64,000 nucleotides of DNA from a virus. Position 1 is the stretch's first letter. Each line of letters starts with the position of its first letter. Shown here piece by piece: positions 30,953-39,792 of this stretch. Both the position numbers and the translations under genes were made by a program. The notes below the pieces were generated by a model, which was given only the letters and a program-made list of their open reading frames with translations, made no database searches and was not told the DNA's origin. The stretch spans positions 19,536 through 83,535 of IMG/VR virus record IMGVR_UViG_3300019360_000002. One strand, 5' to 3'.

Positions 30953-31533
30953 TGTTCGTCGTCAGTGAGTTCGAGCTTCATGACGAAACGGCGAAGGAGG
31001 TACCGACAGACGTAGTCGACCGGCGACTTGGCCATCCGAATGCCGGGCGTGTTGGTCCGCCCCGACGGCTCGAAGCTCGTACCGATGAGGCGCCTGCACA
31101 GGTCTTCGAGCGGGTGGCCGAGCTGGAGCAGGATTGAAGAGGCGATGGCCCACTGGTCGGCGAAGCCCGAGGCGACCGAGCCTTGTTTTGCGAGGCGCAA
31201 GAAGAACTCGCCCACTTCGCCGTTTGGATAGAAGCTCACCGTCACGTAGCCGTCCTCGTCGCCTTCAGCCGAGTGGATGGTGAACTTGTGGGTGAGTGAC
31301 TGGCGTTCGGCCGGTAGTTTGACGCGGCGCGGCAAAGAGGTTGCGGCCGACAGGTCGGCGAGCTTGACCCCCAGCTCGTCCCTGGCGGCCACAGCCGCCT
31401 TCAGATGGGCCTGGGAGCGCGCCAGGTCGCTCGTGAGCTGCCCGACCTGGGTGGTTGCTTGTTCCAGCTCGGCCCGGGTTTCGGCGAGCTGGGCTCGGCA
31501 GGTGTCTAGGTGAGTGGTCGTGAACTTGGGCAC
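30949..31533 (-). CDS. Stand-alone class II RNR C-terminal (TSCPD-like) domain with an N-terminal coiled coil
   Basis: KLPAERQSLTHKF...GYVTV..Y..G..GEFF...KQGS...SILLQLG...FEPSG.T..P.IRMAKSPVDY. Confidence 0.8.
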   Translation of the reverse strand: MPKFTTTHLDTCRAQLAETRAELEQATTQVGQLTSDLARSQAHLKAAVAARDELGVKLADLSAATSLPRRVKLPAERQSLTHKFTIHSAEGDEDGYVTVSFYPNGEVGEFFLRLAKQGSVASGFADQWAIASSILLQLGHPLEDLCRRLIGTSFEPSGRTNTPGIRMAKSPVDYVCRYLLRRFVMKLELTDDEQ

Positions 31534-31539
31534 GGCGAA

Positions 31540-31581
31540 ACAGTGCCAAATGCGGGTGGGGCGGTCAACAAATATTTGTTG
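31540..31581 (-). promoter_or_regulatory. Promoter with a perfect 16-bp operator palindrome
   Basis: CAACAAATATTTGTTG at 31566-31581 overlapping TTGACC-17-CACTGT; GTG 31533 follows. Confidence 0.6.
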
Positions 31582-31700
31582 TAAAAGGATTTATTTTTTA
31601 GAGAGGTCGCAACCCTACACACGACAGAGGCAACGCTACACCAATTGTAATGGCGCCTAGAGTTTTGACCGTTTTTTGATGAAAACATTTGAATTTCTCA

Positions 31701-31763
31701 AGTGGTCATACCACTAATTGATCAGGCGCCAAATGCGTCCGATCAATTAGTGGTCAGACCACT
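31701..31763. repeat. 23-bp inverted repeat with internal palindromes in an AT-rich origin-like gap
   Basis: AGTGGTCATACCACTAATTGATC-N17-GATCAATTAGTGGTCAGACCACT. Confidence 0.85.
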
Positions 31764-32189
31764 AACTTAAATAGCGACAAAAGTCGGTTTCTCTAGCCGA
31801 CATTACAATTGGTGCCGGGTTGTCTGGTTTTTGCGCGGGGTTGACGCCCGCCGTTTTGCCCAGGTGTTTCGCCTGTTTAAGTCCGTGCGTAGGGTTTTGG
31901 GGTGTTTTTAACTATATGCGAGAAATATGCGTTAATTGGAAAACGACGGAAATTGATCGGCTACCCGAAATTAGCGTTTTTTGGGGGTATTTCATTTCTC
32001 GCGCGCCTTGAATTAAAGTGAAATATTTGTATGAGTTTAGAAGGCCCCTTAACCCTGCACAGCGATTACCTTACCTGGCAAAAAATCGAATTTCTTGACC
32101 TCTGACTACAGCATGGCGTAGATCATCAGCCCTCGGGTAGTTTGACCATCAGACGACCTCTGGCGTGGGGGTCGCGAAAGGGAGCGGGG

Positions 32190-34973
32190 ATGCTCGATGA
32201 GGCGCGCAGCTTCTTCAAGCTGCTATGGCCAGACACGTCGCTCGTGGACCACCTTCGCGTCACGCTGTGGCGGCTACCCGATCGAGCCAGCCTCCACGTC
32301 CCGCCGTCGAGCGTCCTGGATGCCCTCCAGGGCTTCGCCACCCTGCCGGTGGCCACCGGGACGTTCGACAAGCCCTACGAGCCCGCCAGCGGGCCGCCAG
32401 GCACGCACGCGATGTATTACGGGGTCGGGCTGCGCCGGCCTGATCTACCGCCGACCAGCCGAGGTCTCGACGACGATGTGACGGCCTGGCCGGGAGTCTG
32501 GGTCGACCTCGACTACGGCACAGAGGGGCACGCAGGTGAAAACTACCCGCCTACCGATAGGGAAGCGCTGGAAATTGCAGATAAATTTCCTGCGCCTCCA
32601 ACACTGACCGTGCAGTCAGGTCACGGTTTTCACTTGTACTGGTTGTTCGACAAGCCGCTGGTCGGGGACAGCAAGAAGTTTTCTAGTCTTATTAAAGGGT
32701 TACAGAAGAAGTTTCGGGAGCTTGCTGCGCCCTTTTCAGTCGACAAGACGGACGACGTAGGCCGTGTGCTCGGCATCCCTGGCCTTTGGAACTGCAAGAA
32801 GCTGGTCCCGCCCGTGCGAGTCGCAATTTTGCTTGACGACGGACCGCGCTACAAGATAACAGACCTGGAAGCTTTTCGCGGACGCCCCGGACGCCCGCTC
32901 AAATCCCCGCCGCCCGCCGCCACCGGTCAAGCCGTTCAAGGGCCGCCACCCTTAGACAGCGGAATTAAGACCGGTGGCGGTGCCGGCTCTTCTGCAAAAC
33001 GTGGCCGCCCCGCCAACGTCGACAAGTGGCCGGCGTGGGTGCTGGGCGTGCGTCGCCGCGTCAAGAACACGACCGACGCCGAGAAGAAGCGCCGAGCTGA
33101 GCTACTCATCGATGGCGAGCCGTTCGCCGAGTCGGGCGAGCGGAATAACACTTGCAACAGCATGGTGGGGCTGCTCACGAACTACGTGTTCAAGGAGAAG
33201 CCGCAAGCGACAGCCGAGGAGGTCTACGACACCTTCTTCTCCGCCGCCATCATCAAGATGGCGCTTCTAGAAGACGACCCGTCGAACCCGGCTCTGCAAA
33301 AGGACGAGGTGCTCGGCCAGATCTCACGCATGTGGGAACTCGTGCTCGAAGAGGACGCGCGTGCCAAGGAGCAGGCCAAGCGGTTCGCCGACGCGCTTCG
33401 GCGTGGCGCGCTTCGGCGCAAGGGCGGAGGCGGAGGAGGCAACGGAAGTAACGGTCACGCGAACGGCAACGGTCACGCGAACGGTCACGGTGAACCGGAA
33501 CCGGGCGGTAGTTCCACCCAGGCGCTTGTGGTGCGCGAATCCGAGCCTGAGATAGGCGAGTACGACACGCCTGATGGGTTGCCGCCCGTGCCTCCGCCGC
33601 AGAGCCACGACGCGTTCGGCGAAGATCCGCTGGAGCTGCTCATCATCCAGTACGAGGATGCCTACTTTGTCTGGCGCGATGAGCAATACAAGGCTCCGGT
33701 GTCGAGTAAAGCCCTGGAGACGAGCCTACGTCGTGACCTCGCCTACGCAGACGGCGTGACGTGGTACTACGAGAACGACAAGGGGGTCGAGAAGCGAAAG
33801 ACCCTCCAGCAGTTCAAGAACGACTACTGCACAGTGGCGCGGCACCTCGTCTTCGATCTCACCAATCCGAACACCGAGTACGACCCGGACTCGGAGACGC
33901 TGTTCGTGGCCGCAGCGCCACTGCGTGACCTGGAGCCGACGTTCAACGAGCACATCCACGAGTGGCTCACGCTCTTCGGGGGAGACGGCGCCGATCGCCT
34001 GATCGATTGGATTGCCACCATCACGGATCTCTCCTATCAAAGCTGCGCTCTTTACGCCTCCGGGCACTCGCGTACGGGTAAGTCGCTCCTCGCCCAAGGG
34101 CTTGCCAAGCTGTGGAGCGCACACGGAGAGCCGACCGCGCTCAAAAATGTGTTGGAGAACTTCAATGCGGACCTGCTTCGCTGCCCGCTCATCCACGCCG
34201 ACGAAGCGCTTCCGTACGGAACCCACACCACCGACTTGCGCGAGATGATTGGCTCGTCGAGCCGTACCGTCACGCAGAAGTATTTGCCGAATGCCACTTT
34301 GCGGGGCGCAATTCGCATGGTGCTCACTGCCAATAACCACGACATGCTGGCGACCGGCGACGAGCATCGAGGCCCGCAGGACGTAGAAGCGGTCGCGGAG
34401 CGGTTTTTACACATCACGCCGCCCGCGTCGGCAGGGAAATTTTTGGCCGAGCTGGGCGGCAAGGCAGGTAAGACAAAAGACTGGGTGGATGGGGACCTAA
34501 TCGCCCGTCACGCGCTCTGGTTGCGGGACCACAAGCGGATCGGGTTTGTCCCCGGCACACGTTTCATCGTGGAGGGCACCAAGACCGAGGTGCACCGCGC
34601 ACTCGTCATGTCTGGTCCCGTGTCGTCGCTGGTCCTTGAGTGGCTCGCCAAGTTTTTGAACAAGCCGCTCGCGGGAGTCATCAAGCAAGGGCTCGTGCTC
34701 TGGGGTAACGGTGAGCTGCTCGTCAACACCTCGGCCATCACCGACCACTGGGAGCACTTCATCAATTCTCACCCGGTGTACTCGACCACGCGCATCGGCA
34801 CCGCTCTCCGCTCCATCGCACGCGGGCTGAGGCGAGGGGACGGTCCGCACCGGAACAAAAACTTCTGGATCGTCGACCCGATGTACGTGATCGACTGGGC
34901 GCAGCAGAACAACATCGGCGACGTGGACGCGATGTGGACCAGCATCAACACCGCCAAGCCGGTTCTCAACTGA
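32190..34973 (+). CDS. Primase (AEP/RepB-like) fused to an SF3-like helicase
   Basis: VWVDLD and SGHGFHLYW primase motifs; PriCT-like GERNNT; Walker A GHSRTGKS, Walker B IHADE, LTAN. Confidence 0.85.
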   Translation: MLDEARSFFKLLWPDTSLVDHLRVTLWRLPDRASLHVPPSSVLDALQGFATLPVATGTFDKPYEPASGPPGTHAMYYGVGLRRPDLPPTSRGLDDDVTAWPGVWVDLDYGTEGHAGENYPPTDREALEIADKFPAPPTLTVQSGHGFHLYWLFDKPLVGDSKKFSSLIKGLQKKFRELAAPFSVDKTDDVGRVLGIPGLWNCKKLVPPVRVAILLDDGPRYKITDLEAFRGRPGRPLKSPPPAATGQAVQGPPPLDSGIKTGGGAGSSAKRGRPANVDKWPAWVLGVRRRVKNTTDAEKKRRAELLIDGEPFAESGERNNTCNSMVGLLTNYVFKEKPQATAEEVYDTFFSAAIIKMALLEDDPSNPALQKDEVLGQISRMWELVLEEDARAKEQAKRFADALRRGALRRKGGGGGGNGSNGHANGNGHANGHGEPEPGGSSTQALVVRESEPEIGEYDTPDGLPPVPPPQSHDAFGEDPLELLIIQYEDAYFVWRDEQYKAPVSSKALETSLRRDLAYADGVTWYYENDKGVEKRKTLQQFKNDYCTVARHLVFDLTNPNTEYDPDSETLFVAAAPLRDLEPTFNEHIHEWLTLFGGDGADRLIDWIATITDLSYQSCALYASGHSRTGKSLLAQGLAKLWSAHGEPTALKNVLENFNADLLRCPLIHADEALPYGTHTTDLREMIGSSSRTVTQKYLPNATLRGAIRMVLTANNHDMLATGDEHRGPQDVEAVAERFLHITPPASAGKFLAELGGKAGKTKDWVDGDLIARHALWLRDHKRIGFVPGTRFIVEGTKTEVHRALVMSGPVSSLVLEWLAKFLNKPLAGVIKQGLVLWGNGELLVNTSAITDHWEHFINSHPVYSTTRIGTALRSIARGLRRGDGPHRNKNFWIVDPMYVIDWAQQNNIGDVDAMWTSINTAKPVLN

Positions 34974-35014
34974 AAAATTTTTGTTGACAATGCTGCTTGG
35001 CATACGGCTAAATA
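34971..35014 (+). promoter_or_regulatory. Promoter plus operator before the exonuclease-polymerase operon
   Basis: TGAAAAATTTTTGTTG overlapping TTGACA (34984-34989); the -10 element is ambiguous. Confidence 0.5.
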
Positions 35015-35033
35015 ACCCACTGCGTGTGAGATA

Positions 35034-36566
35034 ATGGCGATTCTTAAAACGTCGGCTTCGCAGGTCGAAGCTTTCATCCGCTGCAACCGTTATTGGTACA
35101 ACAAAAGCGTGTTGAAGTTGCCAGAGCCTTTTTCGCCGGCCGCCGCCAAGGGCTCGCGCGTGCACAGCATAAGCGAATACTGGTTAAAGTCCGGCCTTCT
35201 CTCACAACCGCCAGGCGCTACTGACGAGGACACGGAGATCGCGCAGGCAGCTATTGCCACCATGCCCGCGCGTGGGCCGGAGCTGCTTATCGAACACGAG
35301 TTCGAGATTCCGACGTACGAAGGTGGCCCAATGTGGCTAGGCTACATCGACCTTGTTGATCCTCGTGGCGATCTGGTTCACGTGCTTGACCACAAGACGC
35401 GTAGTGATTTTCGCTACTGCCTTAAGCCCGAAGACCTTTTGAAATCGATTCAAATGATTTCATACGCCAAGTGGGCAATGGATTATTTCGTTAAAGAGGC
35501 GGTGTTGATTGGCCACAAATACGTGTGCACCAAACGAACTGCCAAACCGCCTTACTACAAAACGATGCTTGTGACAGCGGTTGCGAATCGCAAACAGGTG
35601 GACAAGGTGTGGGCGAATCTCATGCCGGTCATTCGTGAAATGATGGCTTGGCGTGAGAGAAACCCCAAGACCGCAGACGATCTTTCGCCCAATACGGCAG
35701 CGTGTGGCATGTACGGAGGGTGCGCGTACAGGCCGCAGTGTGGATTCTCACCGGCACTCGGCACGTTCTCCATTCGAAAGACGAAGACCATGAGCGACAC
35801 GCCCACTGCGCCCGTGAATGGAACCACCCCGCGTCCGATGTCCCTCTCCGAGAAGCTCGCCGCCAAGAAGGCGGCAGCCGCCGCAGCCGCGCCGCCGGCT
35901 ACCACGGCCCCGGCCGCAGGAGCGCCCGCTGTCGGCCTCGTGCCGCCGGACGCGCCGCCCAACCTGCCGGCAGGCCAGCCGCCCGAGGACGCCAAGCCCG
36001 AGGAGAAGAAGACCAAGGCGAAGAAGGGCTCGGCCGCGCGTGACGCGATTTTGGCGGCGGCCGGCGGCGAGCCCGAGAGCGGGACCCTGCCGGGCGTGTC
36101 GACGACGCCGCCTCCGGCGAAGCCGGATCTGGGGCGTGTGGCCGAGGAGAGCACGGCCTCGCAGTTCAAGGGAGTGAAGGAGGAGGCAGAGCGCAAGGCG
36201 CTCGTCGCCGAGAACGCCGCCGCGCCTGGCGCCGAGACGGCTCCGTCCGCCCCCGTCAAGGCCGTCGCGACCAAGAAGCGCCTCTCCATTTTTGTCGATT
36301 GCCTACCTGTGAAAGGAGGCGGCAGCTTCACCTTGTTCGAGGACTGGGCCGCGCCGCTCTTCGCCCACGTGGCCGAGGGCCTCGGCCTCTCCGACTACCG
36401 CCTGGCGCAGTTCGCCTCGTGGAAGCCTCACTTCGCCAACGCCGTGCGCGAGAGCCTAGACACGCTGCCGGAGGTGCTGGTGATGTCGAGCTACGGCCCC
36501 GGCGTGCAGGAGGCCCTCGACGCGCTCACGCCCCACGCCACCTTGATCGTCAAGAAGCTGGGGTAG
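35034..36566 (+). CDS. PD-(D/E)xK Cas4/RecB-like exonuclease with a low-complexity linker and extra C-terminal domain
   Basis: SASQ...C, GSRVH, EHEF, GYIDLV, VLDHKT, QxxxY, CGMYGGCAYRPQC (Fe-S type). Confidence 0.85.
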   Translation: MAILKTSASQVEAFIRCNRYWYNKSVLKLPEPFSPAAAKGSRVHSISEYWLKSGLLSQPPGATDEDTEIAQAAIATMPARGPELLIEHEFEIPTYEGGPMWLGYIDLVDPRGDLVHVLDHKTRSDFRYCLKPEDLLKSIQMISYAKWAMDYFVKEAVLIGHKYVCTKRTAKPPYYKTMLVTAVANRKQVDKVWANLMPVIREMMAWRERNPKTADDLSPNTAACGMYGGCAYRPQCGFSPALGTFSIRKTKTMSDTPTAPVNGTTPRPMSLSEKLAAKKAAAAAAAPPATTAPAAGAPAVGLVPPDAPPNLPAGQPPEDAKPEEKKTKAKKGSAARDAILAAAGGEPESGTLPGVSTTPPPAKPDLGRVAEESTASQFKGVKEEAERKALVAENAAAPGAETAPSAPVKAVATKKRLSIFVDCLPVKGGGSFTLFEDWAAPLFAHVAEGLGLSDYRLAQFASWKPHFANAVRESLDTLPEVLVMSSYGPGVQEALDALTPHATLIVKKLG

Positions 36567-36569
36567 GTC

Positions 36570-37286
36570 GTGTTGAAGATCGTAAAGCGCGGGCTAGCGG
36601 TCATCTGCGAGTTGCTTCAGATTGGGGTGTTCCTCATTCTGTTACCGATCGACTATGCTGGTATCAAGCTTCGTCGTGTAGCTGCCCGGCTTACGCGACA
36701 CCCGTACTACTGGTTGGTTCAGTCCAAGCGCTTGCTCCGTGGGGAGCCGACTTGGCAGGAACACGATTGGAAGATCGGCATTCCACCGCCAGGGTGGAAG
36801 CCGGTGCCGTGTGATATTCGCGAGTTCGCACAAAAGGCCAGGGGCGAGGTAGTCGAGGAGAAGGAGGAGAAAATGGACGCGTCGGATAATCCGATGAAGC
36901 CTCGCTTCTGCGCCAATTGCGGCGAGATCGTGTCGTGGAACTACCCGTCGGGCGACGAGACGTGTGCCGAGGTCGCGTGCCAGCACTGCGGCGCCGGCTA
37001 CGACATCTGCTTCGACGGGTGCAGTGTGCGAGCAGGCCGACAGCGGGACGAGAAGGACGCCAAGCTAGGTCGCGAGCTGGTGGCGCTCCTCTCCGAGGTC
37101 GTCGGCGACAGCGGTGTGTCGGAGGGAGCTGTCGATTGCCTGAAGCGGCAAATTGCGGATCGCAAGGCGTTCGCTTTGGCACTCAGGGAAGTAGATCAAT
37201 TCATGTTCGCCGCATGCATGCTCTGCCATCGCAAGCACGCTCAGGATTGTCCGTTTCACAGAGCAATGGCGATCTACATCCGGTAA
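36570..37286 (+). CDS. Hypothetical protein with a TM segment and zinc ribbon
   Basis: Hydrophobic N-terminus; CANCG...CQHCG. Confidence 0.55.
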   Translation: MLKIVKRGLAVICELLQIGVFLILLPIDYAGIKLRRVAARLTRHPYYWLVQSKRLLRGEPTWQEHDWKIGIPPPGWKPVPCDIREFAQKARGEVVEEKEEKMDASDNPMKPRFCANCGEIVSWNYPSGDETCAEVACQHCGAGYDICFDGCSVRAGRQRDEKDAKLGRELVALLSEVVGDSGVSEGAVDCLKRQIADRKAFALALREVDQFMFAACMLCHRKHAQDCPFHRAMAIYIR

Positions 37287-39124
37287 TGCCCACGCTGTCT
37301 GAAAAGCTGATGGCCAAGTTCGGCCTGCCGCACCCACGGTCGAGCGCCGGATTGGCACTTGCGCAGGGTGGTGTATGTCTTTCGCCTGAGCTGGCGCGCA
37401 TCCTGGCGCTGCCCAGGCGACCGGCGGAAGGCTCTGCGCCTGATCTCACCGAGCTTTACTCAAGGGGTGTGGCGAACTGCGGCGTCGCACACTGCCGAGT
37501 GTGCGTGGCCGGCGAGCCAAGGCTTCGGCCCATCCAGTCCCAGATGCTCTGGGAGGGCGACCGTCGGCAAGGGCTCCTCGGCATGGCCAAGATCGGCTCG
37601 GGTAAGACGCTCGCCTCCCTGCTCATGCATGACGCGATGAACGCCACCCGCACCGTGCTGCTCGTCAAGTCGAGTCTGCGTGATCAGCTCATTAACATCG
37701 ACATCCCAGCCTACGGCCGCCACTTCAAGCTGCCCCCGGTTTGGTCCGCCAAGAACACCAGAAACTACGAGCGCTCGGGCGTGTACGTGCTCTTCTATCA
37801 CGAACTGTCGGATTCGCACAAAGGCCATTGGCTTGAGCGCATTGCGCCCGACCTAGTGGTTGCTGACGAGGCGCAGGTTTTCCGTAACGTGCATTCGGCT
37901 CGGTCCAAAAAGTTCTACCGCTACATGGACGAGCACCCGGAGTGTCGGTATTGTCCGCTATCCGGGTCGATTGCCAAGCGGTCAATCCGCGATGTAGGAC
38001 CGCCGAGCGAACTTGCGCTTCGCAAGGACAGCCCGCTGCCCAAGGGACGGGCGCTCTTCGAGTGGTCGTGTGCGCTCGATCGCGACGTGGAAAAGCCACT
38101 TGGCCCCGGCAAGCTCATGCTGTTTTGCGGCCCCGGCGAGGACCATCACGACGGTTTCCGTCGGAGACTTCGCGAGACCGAAGGTGTGGTGGCGTCGGAG
38201 AAAGACACTATCGACACGGCGCTTGAGGTCTTGCCGCATAGTCCACCGCTCTCGCCGGTCATTAGCGCCGCCTTGGCTGAGCTGGCCAGGCTGTGGCGCT
38301 GGAACGAAGACGAGATTTCCGACGCGCTCCACTATGCGCGTCTCGCCAAGCAGATCGCCCAGGGCTTCTACCTCAAGTGGGATTGGCCCGGCGGTGTGCT
38401 CGATGAGGAATGGCTCACAGCGCGGTCAGCCTGGCACAAGGAGGTGCGCGAGTACCTTCGCTACCACTCAGTTCCAGGAATGGACTCCACGCTCCAGCTC
38501 GCCAATGCCGCACGCCACGGGCACTGGCTGTCTGAGGCGTGGCCCGCCTGGAATGTGGTCAAGGACCGACCCGAGCCGCCCACCGAGGCAGTGTGGCTAG
38601 ACACCGCGTACATGCCGGGTGTGGTGGCCAACCTCGTCGAGGAACTGAACGCGTCCGACGAACCGCTCGGGAAAAAGAACGCTTCGGGCGCGACGCGAGG
38701 TCTCATTATATGGTATGAAAACATATCAATGGGCGACCTCTTGGAGAAGACGTACCCGAGATTCGGTCCAGGCGATCGAGCGGCTGCGCAATTGGCAAAG
38801 ATGCACCCGAAGGACCACCCGGTCATTGTGTGCTCTCGGGCATCGCACGGTGAGGGGAAGAACCTTCAGGACTACACCGATGCGTTCTTCATCACGCCGC
38901 CGGCCAACTCCCTTGATTGGAATCAGACAGTCGGTCGTGAGCTGAGGCCCGGCCAACTGGCAGATACGGTACGGGTGAAATGGCTGGCGAACACCATCGA
39001 CCTTCAGAAGGCGTTCGTGAACGCGGTCAAGAACGCCGAGACCTTGCAGAAAAACACGGGTGAGGAGCAAGTGCTCCTGATCGCCGACGGAGCGGCCCTA
39101 GCAGAGACGGCGAAGGCCGCGTGA
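37286..39124 (+). CDS. SNF2-like SF2 helicase
   Basis: LRPIQ, GSGKTL, VADEAQ, LSGS, GEGKNLQ, QTVGRELRPGQ. Confidence 0.85.
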   Translation: MPTLSEKLMAKFGLPHPRSSAGLALAQGGVCLSPELARILALPRRPAEGSAPDLTELYSRGVANCGVAHCRVCVAGEPRLRPIQSQMLWEGDRRQGLLGMAKIGSGKTLASLLMHDAMNATRTVLLVKSSLRDQLINIDIPAYGRHFKLPPVWSAKNTRNYERSGVYVLFYHELSDSHKGHWLERIAPDLVVADEAQVFRNVHSARSKKFYRYMDEHPECRYCPLSGSIAKRSIRDVGPPSELALRKDSPLPKGRALFEWSCALDRDVEKPLGPGKLMLFCGPGEDHHDGFRRRLRETEGVVASEKDTIDTALEVLPHSPPLSPVISAALAELARLWRWNEDEISDALHYARLAKQIAQGFYLKWDWPGGVLDEEWLTARSAWHKEVREYLRYHSVPGMDSTLQLANAARHGHWLSEAWPAWNVVKDRPEPPTEAVWLDTAYMPGVVANLVEELNASDEPLGKKNASGATRGLIIWYENISMGDLLEKTYPRFGPGDRAAAQLAKMHPKDHPVIVCSRASHGEGKNLQDYTDAFFITPPANSLDWNQTVGRELRPGQLADTVRVKWLANTIDLQKAFVNAVKNAETLQKNTGEEQVLLIADGAALAETAKAA

Positions 39125-39197
39125 GGATGGCTGTACGTGGCGGCACAAGCCGCTGCGATTTGCGGCTCGCAAGAGCCGATAGATGGAGAGGTGACCG

Positions 39198-39686
39198 ATG
39201 GGGAGATTTTCTGGTATCAAGGATGCGAAGTGGAATCCGGGCGGTGTGTACTTTGAGCCGGGACAGTTCTTGGTTCGGGTGGACACGGTGAAGGTGATCG
39301 AGAGCCGCAAGAAGGAGGAGATGTTCATCGTCGAGAACACCCTGCTCGACAGCGATCATCCCAAGCTCAAGCGCGGGTCGTCGGTGTCCTGGGTGGTGCT
39401 CAGCTCTTGGGACACGTACCTTGGATCGATCAAGCACTTCGTCTCCGTCGCTCAGGAGATCGAGATGGATGATGTCGACGAGTCCGGCATCGAGATGGTG
39501 GTGTCCGAGGACAACCCGTGTTCGGGTACCATCCTCAAGGTCGAGGCCAAAAACGTCCGAAAAAAGGACGGCGGCGACTTCACCAAGTGCGTGTGGTCGT
39601 GGCCCGAGCCCGAGGACTTCGCCAAGATCGGGCTCAAGCCCGACGGCACCAAGCTCGACAAGCCGGTCGAGCAGAAGACGGCGTAG
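39198..39686 (+). CDS. Putative single-stranded DNA-binding protein
   Basis: GAGGTG RBS; beta-rich; sits between the helicase and polymerase genes. Confidence 0.5.
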   Translation: MGRFSGIKDAKWNPGGVYFEPGQFLVRVDTVKVIESRKKEEMFIVENTLLDSDHPKLKRGSSVSWVVLSSWDTYLGSIKHFVSVAQEIEMDDVDESGIEMVVSEDNPCSGTILKVEAKNVRKKDGGDFTKCVWSWPEPEDFAKIGLKPDGTKLDKPVEQKTA

Positions 39687-39694
39687 CAAGTTCT

Positions 39695-39756
39695 GGTCAT
39701 CGGCGGGGGCGGTGTCCGGGGAATGAGCCCTTCGTGCACCGCCCCCGTCGGCGGCC
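39695..39756 (+). terminator. Long GC-rich hairpin (terminator, attenuator or processing site)
   Basis: GGTCATCGGCGGGGGCGGTGT pairs with GCACCGCCCCCGTCGGCGGCC, followed by TTCT. Confidence 0.55.
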
Positions 39757-39792
39757 TTCTACCGTTTTGACTCGCAATTCTGGAGGGCGCGG

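Noticed and set aside
35034-36566. Cas4-like nuclease as the CRISPR adaptation module
   Set aside because: It lies 15 kb from the array inside the replication operon, and stand-alone Cas4-like exonucleases are common viral recombination genes
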